Source: Selaginella moellendorffii (lineage: Eukaryota > Plantae > Lycopodiophyta). From it: a stretch of 64,000 bases of DNA. The DNA is taken from positions 310,001 through 374,000 of the forward strand of contig NW_003314275.1 in NCBI RefSeq assembly GCF_000143415.4, written 5' to 3'. Below the pieces are notes generated by a model. The model searched no databases. It saw only the letters and a program-made list of their open reading frames with translations, and was not told the origin of the DNA. The translations under genes and the position numbers were made by a program. Shown here piece by piece: positions 40,701 through 54,590 of the stretch; position 1 is the first letter of the stretch; each line of letters opens with the position of its first letter.

Positions 40701-41825
40701 ATCATGGACTAAAGAAACTTGTGCTACTCACCGGCCAAGAAAACTGCTTTACACAAGCATCCAAAAAACACCACATTGAACTCTCTAAATGCTCTCGCTG
40801 CTCACTCACTGGCCAAATGGACAAAAAAAAAAAACTTTCACTTGCAACAGCACTGCCCGAATGGTAGATGGTGCAATTCCATGAACAGAAGAACCAAAAT
40901 GTGGGAAGGCTGGGCACATCGAGTTTGAGGCTGATAATGGAGCGAGCCACGCTGGATAAAATCGTTACTAAAACGCCAGTTCAGAATTTCATTAAAATTC
41001 TGCTAGCTTGGGCAGTGTTCTTCCAACGGTGACTCAGTCTGTGGAGCTTGCTCAAGACAATGCCTGAAGCTTGGTAGTCACATAAAAACTTAACTCTATC
41101 CTTGGGAGATCGAGCTTATGAATGATTTTGCCAGGCCTTAAATGCAGCTCGAGATTGCCAGTGGCAAACTTGGCCTTAGTCGACAAATTCAAACCAGCCT
41201 CAGTAAAGCGAAGACTTCACAAAGTTCTTTCCTCTTCTGATTGAGTACTATTCCTTGCGATTCCACTGCTAAGTCCAAGAAGTTTGCACTGGAAAAATGC
41301 GTGATAAGCGCAAAATTTTGAAAAGTCAGCAAAGCAGAGACCTAGCATTTTAATTTTTTTTTGTCGAGTCCTATTCTTATGAAATATCTCTTCCAATTTC
41401 TCCAGAATTCTAATGGCCTGGAAGGTAAACGCTACACACAATTCTCCATCAATACTCCCCAAGTTTAATTCCTCTTGCTGCCAAGGTTGTGCTCAAGATA
41501 GACACCTGTGACAAGTGCAAAGACGAAATCATCGCTGAGATCTACCACAACGTCTCAGGTACACAGCCTCTCTCTTCTTTTGTGATGATTGATCCTTTAC
41601 TATTCAGGTATCAAGAAATTGGAAGCGATCGATCCCTTGTATGTCTTCACTGGAGAGTTCAAGGTAGACGATGTCCTCGCAGTCACTGAGAGGAAGAAGA
41701 TAGAGATCACGGTGTTGGCAATCACGGAAGTTCCCAAGTACCCCAAAGACTGTTTATGCAATTCTCCCTAGTTTATGATCAGTCAAAGATGCTAGCGAAT
41801 GTTCGTTGACTCTAGTCACTTAGCT

Positions 41826-44800
41826 ATGGACGGACCAGGCTTTCTTAGTTCCTCTTCTTCCCCGGCCGCTCCGGAAGAGTTCGTCAAATCAGAGATTTTC
41901 AAAGCCCGGAAGCTATGATCGCGAGTACAAGAGCTTGCTTCTCAGCAACAAGCTCCATCCTCAAACTGACAAGGTAAATTCTAGTTTCTTTCTCGTTCGT
42001 CTTTGTGCTTTTCGATGTAGGCTGCTAATGGATGTGGAAGTTGGGCGACCAGATGATATTCCTGGACTGGCGCATTTGTTGGGTGGGTCTTTCAATGTAA
42101 TCGTTTTGCCAATGTTTGTTTTGAGCCTCTCTGTAGAACACATGCTTTTCTTTTCCAGCGAGGAATATCCCTTGGAATGAGATTTTGCGAAGTTTCTTGT
42201 TGCGGTATGATTTTCTGGTTTCATCTCGTGTTTCGTTTCCTACTTTGTTCATGGTGGACAGACAAATGCATGCACGAGCAATGAAAAGACCAACTTTCAC
42301 TTCGACGTAAATGTTGATCACTTTGCACAGGCTCTTGATCGTTTCGCACAGTTTTTCATCCATCCTTGATGTCCAAAGATGCAACGTTGAGGGAAATCAA
42401 TGCAGTGGATTAAGGTGAGTCCTATCTGCAGTCTTGGCCTATAATCTCCTCAAGAATGTTCCTTTAGAAAATTCTCTGCGACAATCCACAGGCTTTAGAA
42501 GGCTTATTCGGGAACCTTGATTGAAGGCATGTATATGCCACTGTTTTTTAATTTTCTTTTGCAGCTCTTGCTACATATTAGCTCTCGTGATCATCCTTGG
42601 CACAAATTCGGAACTGGTAACATCGTTTTTGTTTTTACCTTTTTGTCGTAAGCCTGGACACGTTGTTGAACGAGGCGAGAGAGAAAGGCATTGATACTAG
42701 AGATGCCATCATTACTCGTAAACCTCATATGCCTTGCTCTTTACGGCAAAGGTATGTGCAAAGTCGCAACATCACAATTCATTCTGTGAGCTTCAATGCC
42801 TTTCTACACAGAGAGCCTGGCCGAGCATGGTAAAAGAGATCTTCGGTCTCATTGAAAACAGGATCTTGCAAAGCCCCATACCTTCCTGGAGAACCCTGCC
42901 GCTTAGAACATCTACAAGTAAGTTTGACGTTATGTGGACAAATCCTACCGTTGTAGTGCCTTTCAAGACTCGTCATCACTGAAAGCTTCAGTGGCCAGTG
43001 ATTCCAGAGTTTCCGGATTACAAAGGTCGATATATCACAATGCTCCTTGGTCACGAGTCCGGTGGCTCCATTAGTGCGCTTCTTAAAAGCCTTGGTAAGC
43101 ATTCAGCAGATATGCTCGTATAACTTATATTACCTGTGTTGCAGGCGCCTTCAAGCATGAAAGGAACGTGGAAACTTGAATTACTCTTTTTTCCACCTTG
43201 GAATTGAGTTAACGGACATGGGAAATGGTAAGTTAAAGCTGTGACACTTCTCCTTTGTGTAAATCAAGTGCAAAATGTCATATCCATCGTTTTCAGCTAC
43301 ATTAAACTTGTGCATGAGAAAGGAGTTGTAATCATGTCATTCAAGGTAATACATTTTGCAGCTTACAATTTCGTCTGAGATGAATTTTCACTACCAAGAG
43401 AAGTACTTGCCATATACGTAGGTTGCGAACCTTGCTGCGAGAATGAAGGCTAGTAGTATATTTGAAATTCTTTTTCTCATCCTTTTTCTTTCTTCAGATG
43501 TTTCCTGCTGAGAATTGGGTTATGGGTGCAGCTTTTCCACGTGAATTCAATGCCGAGTTAATTAGACGCGAGCTCGAGCTGCTTACACCTGAGCGAGTCG
43601 GGTAACTGGTGCTTGGATGTTTTTATGTGAGCCGCCTTTTTCTCTTTTTTCTCAACAGAGTTTTCCATTCTTCAAAAGCGTTTGAAGACCTGACCACGGA
43701 GAGAGAACAATCCAAGACAACTTATTGAAGGTAGGAACTTTGTCATTCTGTAACGAGCACCCTCCACAATTTGCAGAAATGACAAGAAAGTGTAGATGAA
43801 CGGCTGCACTTACCGCACCCGAATCCTTATACTCCATCAGATTTTGATGTTCCCACTGTTCTATCAAGGATAAATATGTGTAGGATGCTCCACTTGAGCA
43901 TGCAGAAATTTATTCTTCTAAACCAGTCTACGATGGCGAAGTTATGGTTTAAACCTGACCATGCATTCAAGACTCCCAAAGCTTACGTGGCGATGAACTC
44001 ACGCAGTTTGCTCTTTGGAGGCAAACACTTTGTCGGCTTTGTTTAAGCGCCTCCTCCTTGATGAACTTAACGAATCAGGTAGCGTCTTTGGCAGCCAGAT
44101 ATGCTTTCTTGGCTGAGGGTTCTTCTCTTTTGGCAGCTTACTACGCGGAACTAGGCGGATTTTTGGTATTCTGTGACTTTAGTGTCCACTGGATTTGAGG
44201 TGACTACACAGGTCACGGAATGAAGTTTTGCATTTCTCATAGGTGGGTGTTGAAGGCTATAATGAGAAGCTGAGTGAACTTTTTAGAAGGATAATCACGA
44301 CAATGGTAAGGTTCCAAGCAAAGGAGGATCCGTTTCACGTGATCAAGCTGTTCTTGTTATTGACTGGGTCCATTGGTTGATACTGGCTATGTTTCCTACA
44401 ACCAGGAAAAATGTTTCAGAGATCAACAGAACTGTTGCCTTGAGAGTTTGATGAGCCAAGCAAATGATTATTGTCAACTGTTGCTGTCGAATAATAGAAG
44501 GCTCGCAAATGAGTACATCAATACGGTGTCTTCTCTTTACCTGGATGACATGCAAAACATGTTCCGAAGACACTCTCTCATATCTATAGCAAGTGTTATG
44601 TCAGGTTTGCACTTTATTTTCTTTTCATTTGTCTCATTGCAAGGAACCTCACATCCAGTGAAGCAAAAGATCTAGCTGACATTTTTGAGGAGGTAATATC
44701 AAATGCACCATCACTCAAAGCAATGTGTCGAAAACTTAAACACTCACTAACTAATTGCTGTTTAACTCAGATGACAAGTCTTGTCAAGAGAGTTTTATTT

Positions 44801-45560
44801 GACCTTCCCTTAGTTTAGATGTTGTAATTGGTGTATTTGTCAATTTAATTTCAAAAGCTATGTTTCATCAGTTAAGAATCATAGAATAGCTTAGATATTT
44901 ATTAATGTCTTTTTAGACATGGTAAGTTATAATTGTCTCCTTAACATTTTATATAGGTGAATGAAAGGTGTCCAAATCTCCATACAATTTAAAAAGAAGG
45001 TAGAGCATCCATTTTGTCATAGTGCATGGATGAATCTGAGTGTTTTGAGTGTAAGCTTTTGGAGTGGAGAGTAGAAGCTTTACTGGAAGGTGTCGAAAAA
45101 AAACTCAAGAACTTGACAAATGATGAGTTCAAAGTAAATACTTCTTTCTTGCCACAAATGCTTAGACTTGCAGGAAAACGTGAATGCGTTGGTTGGACTC
45201 ATGCTTGAAAAGCACAAGAATCTATGGGAAAAAGCTGCTTTCTTCTAGATTGCATCTGGCACTTACAAGTTTAATAGAGGAGAGACACTGTTGCAAGCTT
45301 TTTCTTGTCAGGGATCTCAAAGCAATCACCTGACAAGAAACCATTGCTTAGAAGCCTGGAAGAACAGGAAGGAGAAAAAAAGACGTGCTGAATTTCCATG
45401 TGGCATATATAAAAGTCGGAGCTCCAAAGTGGAAGAAACTGTGCATCTAAGTCTTACACCAAGCCAAGCTTGATCAAGCTGTGAAAGCTCTTAAATGTAT
45501 TCACAACACTTTATAATTTCAACAATCATAGGCATTATATCCTGCTCTTGGTTCCTATAG
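41826..45560 (+). pseudogene. Insulin-degrading enzyme (peptidase M16A) pseudogene
   Basis: DREYKSLLLSNKL, GLAHLL|EHMLFFSSEEYPLE* (inverted HxxEH zinc motif), NFHFDVNVDHFAQALDRFAQFF, HPWHKFGTGN and KLWFKPDHAFKTPKAY. Many in-frame stops and frameshifts; introns are retained. Confidence 0.85.
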
Positions 45561-45642
45561 CAAGGAAAACCAGAACCCATGAATTGGACTATTTCTCTAA
45601 ACTACGAGAGATTCTCACAAACAAATCCAAAAACTTATCCAG

Positions 45643-46079
45643 ATGTCGAGTGTGGCTCATTGCTTGCAGAGAGTTTGCTCCTTTGTTCCAGCTCGAGCAA
45701 GATGCATGGCGATGAGCAGCAGCAACAAGAGGAGCAATCTATTGGAGGAGTACAGCCGAAAGAAGAGGTCAGAAGTTCTCTTGGTGCACACCCAGGATGA
45801 TGTTGTGCTTGTCTATAAGGTGAGTTTGAGTGAAGAACAATCACTCGAGTTCTTGTTTCCTCTGCGAATTTGCATTGACAGGGAGTGTCGTCCTCGCTGC
45901 TCAAAGCCACGGCCTTGGATCTCTCGGACTCGGTGCTGGACGAGGAAAACACCACCATCAAGCACATTGATCGCGTCCGTGCTCCCTACAACCCCTCCAA
46001 TACTGAATACATATCACAAGAGATGAGTTGGGATGATTTCTTGAAGCTGGCGCAAGAATCGAGTTTGGATTGTGCATGA
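45643..46079 (+). CDS. Small conserved protein of unknown function, cyanobacterial/plastid type, with a putative transit peptide
   Basis: Intron 45820-45881 (GTGAGT...GACAG) joins LEEYSRKKRSEVLLVH...VLVYK|GVSSSLLKATALD...IDRVRAPYNPSNTEYISQEMSWDDF. It resembles, from memory, a cyanobacterial family with the pattern EVLLV...FKGFSSSLMRPT...IDR..SPYNP. Confidence 0.75.
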
Positions 46080-46169
46080 GAAAAAAAATGTTTCCAGTGA
46101 TCTTTGGAAGAACTTGAGAAAGAGTCTTTTGTGGAGAAAAAGGAGAGTCGCAAGGACAAAAATGTTATC

Positions 46170-46241
46170 TATCGGAGCCAGGTTTCGATCCTGGGACCTG
46201 TGGGTTATGGGCCCACCACGCTTCCGCTGCGCCACTCCGAT
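46170..46241 (-). tRNA. Initiator tRNA-Met (CAT), second identical copy
   Basis: Exact reverse complement of 12170-12241. Confidence 0.97.
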
Positions 46242-48800
46242 TTTCACAACCTTCTGCGCGATCATAACGATGAACTATGAGCTGGAAATAGTGAAGCATG
46301 GCCACCTTTCTGATAGAAAACAAAAGTAAACATCATTGAATCGTCCGCTCACTGTCGCTCAAACCAGTTTTAACAGCTTCGAAATGCTCGTCTCGGCATG
46401 AAGCACTCGCTCGTGCTCCTGGCGATGGTGGCAGCAGCAGCCACCTCGATCTTCGCACAGTTGAGCTGCGTCGAGGATGAGAAAGAGAGAGCCTCCCTCA
46501 CTGCTATCAGCGATGCCGCGAGCTTGGGACCTCCACTCTTCTGCTGCCAGTGGGTGCGGATTTTTTGCAGCGTTTCCAGCCAAGGACGGATCAAGTCGCT
46601 CGACATAATCGTCTCACCTGGGTTCTTCCCGGAGGCGCGAATCCTCAGGCAAGTCTGTAGCTTCACCAAGTTGCGTAGGCTGAGGCTGACAAAGTATGAC
46701 GACCGCGACTGGGACGATGAGATCCCGTCCTGTCTTGAAGAGCTCTCCGAGCTAAAGGAGCTCAAGATCGTTGGCAGCACTGACGTTTCCTTCAAAGTCC
46801 CGATCATTCCACGGCTGAAGAAGCTCGTCCTGCAAGGGGTCCATCTCACTGAAGCAATGTTCCACAGCATCTTCAGCAGCCTCAAGGAGCTTCAAGATCT
46901 AACCATCCAAAGCAATAGCCTGTCCAACACCACCATCCCTGCTTCACTTTGCTCGTTGTCCAGCTTGGTTCACTTGGACTTGTCTTCCAACCAGCATGGA
47001 GGAGAGATTCCTCCATGTCTGTCTGTGCTCAGCCGTCTTCAAGAACTTCGACTCTCGGATAATTTACTTCAAGGAAGCATACCGTACCTGGGAAATTTCT
47101 CGCAGATGCAACAGCTTGTGCTAGATTTTAACCAGCTGAGCGGCCCATTTCCAGCGTCTCTTTGCAACATCACTGCCACCATTGTCACCCTTGATCTTTC
47201 CATGAACCGTTTGAGCTCTCTGCTACCGGACTGCGTGTCCGGCATCCAGAATCTCTTCTTGCGCTACAATCAGCTGACGGGACCATTGCCACCGACCTTG
47301 TTCGCTCACAATTCTTCCCAAACGATCGAACTCTCTTGGAATCAGTTCACGGGGCCCTTGCCAGAAATCGGTGATGCGATGCCAGAAGGCGTGATGATCT
47401 CCAACAACTTCTTGAGTGGGAGTTTAAGTTCGCCAAAGTGGCACAGCTTCTGTCATAACATGCGCGTTCTCGACTTGTCCAACAACCAGTTCACCGGATC
47501 AATACCAAAGGCATTTGGAAACTGCACAAGAATGGCACGACTCAGCATCGATAACAATGAACTCAGTGGAGAAATACCTTCGACTCTGGGAGCTCTTTCT
47601 ATGATGGTGGAGTTTACCAGTAGGGACAACCAACATGTAGGACGTGTTCCCTCCACTCTTGGAAACTGCTCGTACTTGATGGTCTTGGACTTAGCCAGCA
47701 ACTCGCTGTCAGGAGAGCTTGGAGAGTGGATTTACCAGCTCAAGTTTTTAAACGTCCTCAGCATCGGCTCGAACAACTTCGTTGGAGATATCCCAGTTGA
47801 ATTTGGAAACTTTTCTTCGCAGCTCATGGCAATCGATTTGTCAGAGAATACATTTAGTGGCACCTTACCAGCACAGTTCAGTTTCCCAACCACCGAACAA
47901 GGCCCTCTCGCGGGACTTCAGTATGTTGTGAACCTCCGCTTCTATTCCACGCTCCGAGAGAGAAAGCGGCTGTACACTAGTATTCGTTTTGGAGCAGCAT
48001 ACCTTGACATGTCTGGTAATAGCTTCCAAGGTAATATTCCAGACACGTTGGGGAACTTTTCCCGGCTATCATATCTCGATCTTTCTCGAAACCAATTCGT
48101 TGGACAAGTTCCACATACTCTTGGAAGCCTGCACCTGCTCCAGGCGTTAGATCTATCTAGCAACAGGCTTTCAGGGAGCATGCCTCGAGAACTCACAGAG
48201 ATACCTCAGCTGTCATATTTTAACGTGTCGTATAACAATCTGACTGGTGCCGTTCCGCAGGGAGCTCAGTTCAACACGTTCACCGAGGATTCATACATAA
48301 GTAATCCAGGACTTTGTGACTTCCCTCTGAGCCCTTGTGATCCTAAAAACAACAGTTACATCAACAGCACAGAATTAAGAAAACCAGCAAAAGCGCCTCA
48401 CCTGCATACGGTCATTATTTTTCTTACTTCGATCTCGTTATGTTCATTGGCGTTTATGGCATTGCTTATATATTATCCCTGCTCGCGGACAAAGGAAGAG
48501 TCAGATGAGATGAGCATTATCGAAGGAGAAATTTGGAGTGCAACTCGAGGATTCAACAAAGACAACATCGTAGACAAGGGAGGATGCAGCACGATCTATC
48601 GGGGTGTTTTGAGAGACGGGCAGACTGTCGCTGTGAAGGTTTACAAGCTTTCAGACCACACAGGCGAGGAGCAGTTTATCGCTGAATACAACAGCCTTAA
48701 AGACTTAAGACACAGGAACATCGTGAGAATCATCGAGTGGTGTTCCGAGAGCAAGCTCAAGGCGCTAGTTTTCAAGTTCATGGACAACGGCAGCCTAGAA

Positions 48801-50303
<1,503 letters not shown>

Positions 50304-50367
50304 TGAGGAAAGAAGAGGTAAAAATCAATTTTCATTCCCTCTAGCTTGTCCAACAAGCATCGGCACA

Positions 50368-51450
50368 CTTGGGCATGCCATGGCAGTCAGCTCCATGGCC
50401 TCGGCCATGTCTGGTGCCAGCCAGCTCCGGGGCTTTGACCATGTCCTGTAGCACCAGCCTGCTCTGCCAGCCAGCTCTAAGGCCGAGTGCTACCCAGCTC
50501 CAAAGCCGAATGCTAAGGCGTCTCTGCCATGGCCAGCCAAGCCAAGGCCATGTCCCAAGGCAAGAGCAGGGAGTTCAGAAAAATGTTCCTTATCTTTCTA
50601 TAAAATAGAAGAAATTAAAAGGAACAAAAATTATTTATACTATATATATAAATAAAGGTGGGCTACAAAACCAACCCTGGTTTGGGATTTTTTTATAAAA
50701 AAAAGAAACCATGGTTTCTTTAATGAAAATAGTGTGTGAGGTCACACAATTTTAAAAGGGGGAGTGATTGTTATTGATGCAGCGAGTTATTGTGGCTCAG
50801 GTTCCCAAACCAATGCAAAGTGGTGATAGTTGAGCTCGTGGAGTTTTAGGGTTCTTGGAGTTTGAAATTAAATCCTTGTAATAGAGTTGTTTGGTTCAAA
50901 ATTCATTTTTTGGTTTTACCTCGATATATTTAGATTATATTTAGATATTTTTACCATTTAACAATTGTTATTAATCTTGTATTTATAATTTATAAAATTT
51001 TCTAGTATATTCTAAATGTATTCTACTATCTAATCTTGTATTTATAAATTATAAACATGTTTAAAATTATAAAACTTTTGACCTAAACATGATGAGTTTT
51101 ATCCTAACACTCTGAACTATGAATTAGACTATGAACACTCACAACTATAAATAACTTGCTATGTGTTGCATTTAGCAATGCTTGGTTTACTTAATATTTA
51201 TTAATCCAATTCATCAAATAAAGTTTATAGTTATAAGCATGTTTGTAATTTATAAACACAAGATTAATCTTATTTCATATTAAGATGATAGAATAAAAAA
51301 GAATATATTAGAAAGGGTTTTAAAAACTTTATAACTTATAAACATGTTTATAAATTATAAATAAAAAATTAATCTAAATGAATAACAACCGTTAGATGGT
51401 AGAATAATTTAAAATATTCAAGCATATTCTAAATATATTCACTACCATCC
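50368..51450. mobile_element. Inverted-repeat/foldback transposon debris
   Basis: gccatggcag (about 50377) pairs with ctgccatggc (about 50524), inside cttggg...cccaag ends. The AT-rich arm atatttagatatttttaccatttaacaattgttatt (about 50937) is an imperfect reverse complement of about 51381-51417. Confidence 0.5.
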
Positions 51451-51723
51451 CTATTACAGGTTTGCTTAAGCAAACCAAAAAGCTATTCAATTATTTAATT
51501 ACTCAGAAAGTTTATTGTGAAGTATAATGCAAAGTTACTAGTTAAATGCAAACTTTGAATAACTTAGTTCTAGCATGATCATTAAAAAAAAGTGGTTTCA
51601 CAAATGTGTGATGAATACTTATTTGGTTTCATATCAACTTCTATTCTAGCAAAAAAATTAGAATTCTTAATTGAATCACACAATAAGCAACATGTAGAAT
51701 GATTTAATCACTATAATGTAAAC

Positions 51724-52440
51724 TAATGTAGGCTGGGTTTGATCTCGAAACGTGGCTACAGAAGCAAGAGTTTGCCAACGATGCTACCCACGTTAGACTG
51801 TAACACCATGAAGCAGCTTGAAGGTTTTGTGCCTCAAGTAACACTGGGGTGCTACATAGTATTAGAAAGCTCAATTACCTAGAAAAAAAACTGAAGTAAC
51901 AATGAATCAATTGAACTTACTGCCTTGCCTAGTTCCAGCCCGAGTGCCACCACCTTTGATGTCGCGGTTACCACCATCACAGAGAGAATCTGCAAAGGTG
52001 AAGAGCGCAGTGGGGCAGATTGAGCCCGCGCTACTCTGCTTTGCAGATTTGGCTGCTGCAAGAACGAACAAAGCAGCGAAGAAGAACATGGTGGTGGCTG
52101 AAGTGGTGGAAGAAGACACTATTGCTAGGATTGTGTTGGAGATAAGAGTTTGTATAGTGGTGAGTGTGGACTATTTTGTGTCCAAGCTATTCCAGATGTA
52201 GCTGGGGAGCTCTATAAGTAAATGGCTAAGAAAGCCGTAATACTATCAGTTGTCCCTGTGCAAACAACACAGTCTGGAGGAAGCTCTGAGATAAAAATGT
52301 CCATAAGGAAGGAAGCAGATATAAGAATGTCGATTAGCAGAGGTAGTCACTTTTGTAGAATTGCTAGCATCCATTGCACGTTACGCTTCTATGGTGTGAA
52401 TGTGATGGAACCTGGGGCTGTTGTAGGAACAGTCAAGGTG
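51724..52440. pseudogene. Older, scrambled XK1 exon remnants interrupted by a GDSL-lipase 5' fragment
   Basis: About 51724-51787 resembles 56729-56805. About 52225-52350 is an inverted paralogue of the CVVCTGTTDSI exon. About 52399-52436 matches VIEPGAVVG. 52089-51920 (-) reads signal peptide plus ALFTFADSLCDGGN. Confidence 0.7.
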
Positions 52441-53376
52441 GTTTCATTCAGCAATGCATCAATTTGAACATACATTCCATTCAGATACCTCAATACATTA
52501 CATTTAGATAGTTCAGGCTTTTAACTTGAGTTTCTTGCATCTGAGTGAGATCGGAAACCAAAACACAACCAAACTAGTCCTACGCCATTTGGAAATATTT
52601 CTCAAGCTCCACCAAATGCCAGCGAATCCTGTGGCGGGGCCATGATGACAGGCTTCTTCTCGGATGTCCTCTCTCGCGCAGGTACATTCTATTAGTATAT
52701 GTCTTGCGTATCTTTTATTTTGTGGGCTCACAAGAAGGAAAAACCAAAAGAGAAAATAGTGCCCTTTGGAGTGATGGACTTTGCTACTTCAGGAGATGCT
52801 GTGGGTCAGCAATTGGCACAAACATGTCATGATTTGCCTCACAACACAGAAACTTAGCATATAACACATATAGACATATTGAATCCAGTATTCAGGATCA
52901 CCTTGTGTTTCTATCTGATCTGGATAGATGTTATGAAGCTCTACACATTAATCACAAGAATTAGCCTTCCATAATGCTTGCAATAGTTTGTGTGAAGGCT
53001 TTCTGCAAGATCACAAGTTCACCATTTTTATCTTTTCTAGCCTCTACTGATAAATGTACTCAAAATCTTCTTAAGAGTGTTTGCATGTGTGGATATTTTC
53101 TTGCTTCTTCTAAGTGCATTTTCAATCTTTCAAAAAACGTAATTTTCCCTAAAACTGTAACTTTGGGGAGCGTTTTCATTTCCTCATCAACACACGTCAA
53201 TACCACTAAGTCTTCCTTTCCTTCCCTCATCCACAGCCTGATTGCTAGTTCTTCAACTCGATGTTTTCCCTGACTATAAAATTCAGGATTGGGGCCTCTT
53301 GAGCAAGAGTCTGCAGAATTGGTTTTGTTTAGTGTTCAACAAAATTCTCAGTCTTACCAATTGAAGAATCCAAAGA

Positions 53377-54590
53377 ATGGCATTGCCCAGCCTGCTCTCA
53401 ACAAAGCTCAAGCCGCTTGAGCTCCTGTCCGGTGTCACTCATTATGATCTTCCGCCAATTCCCTGTTCTCTTCCTGTCAAGTGTCATCCTCAATTTGCTA
53501 AGTTTTCTCGCATTGCCGATACATGGGCCATCGACGCAATGCAGCTGCAAAATGATCCATGTGGAAAGCTCAAGGCTGTGCAGAGCCGAGCCCCGCTGCT
53601 TTACTGCTTCCTCGTCCCTTTCGGCATCGGAGAGGAAGAAATGATTGCAGGCTGCAAGTACAGCTGGTCGACTTCCTTCGTGGATGATCCATTTGACGAA
53701 GAAACGGATTTGAAGCGGGCCAAGGAATGGAAGAAGGTCGTGCTGCGAGCTGCGAACGGTACTCCCAGTGCTGAAGATTTGATGATAAGGACGATAAAAG
53801 CTTATTCGGAGATTATGATGCACCTGCAACAGATGATGGCGGCCCCAGTGTTTTCGAGGTGATGACCCCAATTCTGTTTGCTTCTTTCCTAGAAATAAGA
53901 CTTTGTTTTCTGTACAGGTTCATGAGGGCTCACTACGCTTGGGCAGATCACTGCGTGGAGCTTGTTCGTAGAAGGCAGCATAAAGACCCTCCAACTGTAG
54001 CCACATACCTTGCAGACAGGTGCGAAAATCTGCTCGTAGAACCGATCTTCATTCTGGCGGAGGTGTGCATGAAGCTTCAGATTGACCCGGAGTTCCTGTC
54101 GCTGCCAGAGTTCAAGAAAATCTGGACCACAATGCTGGAACATGCGGCTATCGTGAACGACGTCTTGTCAATCCGTGTAGACATCCTCAACGGACACTAC
54201 TACACCTATCCTGGCCTCGTCTTCCAGCAGCATCCTGAGATCCAAACTTTCCAGGAGGCTGTGGACTATTCCGTGGGGATGATCCAGACCAAGGAGAGAA
54301 AGTTCATCAAACTGCACGAGATGCTGACCGACAAAGCCAGGCAATGCGGCTTCAAGAACAAGTCCGACTTGCTCAAGTATGTTGAAGCTTTGCCAAACTT
54401 CATCGCTGGAAATCTTTACTGGCACTACCTTAGCGCCAGATACTTCGGTGTCAACAACCCCTTCCTCACCGGAGAGCCTGTCCAAGGCACCATCCTCATC
54501 CATCCCCGCAACACAGTCGTGCTCCCACCTTACCAGCGAAACAAGCACCCCTTTCTCATCGATGTCGACAATCTGGAGCTCGGTGCGTGA
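53377..54590 (+). CDS. MTPSL: Microbial-type terpene synthase-like protein (alpha-domain-only class I TPS)
   Basis: About 384 aa with one intron (53859-53917). DDPFD (DDxxD), pyrophosphate-sensor Arg in YLADRCEN, NSE-like NDVLSIRVD, and W...RY in YWHYLSARY. No plant-TPS N-terminal domain. Confidence 0.93.
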
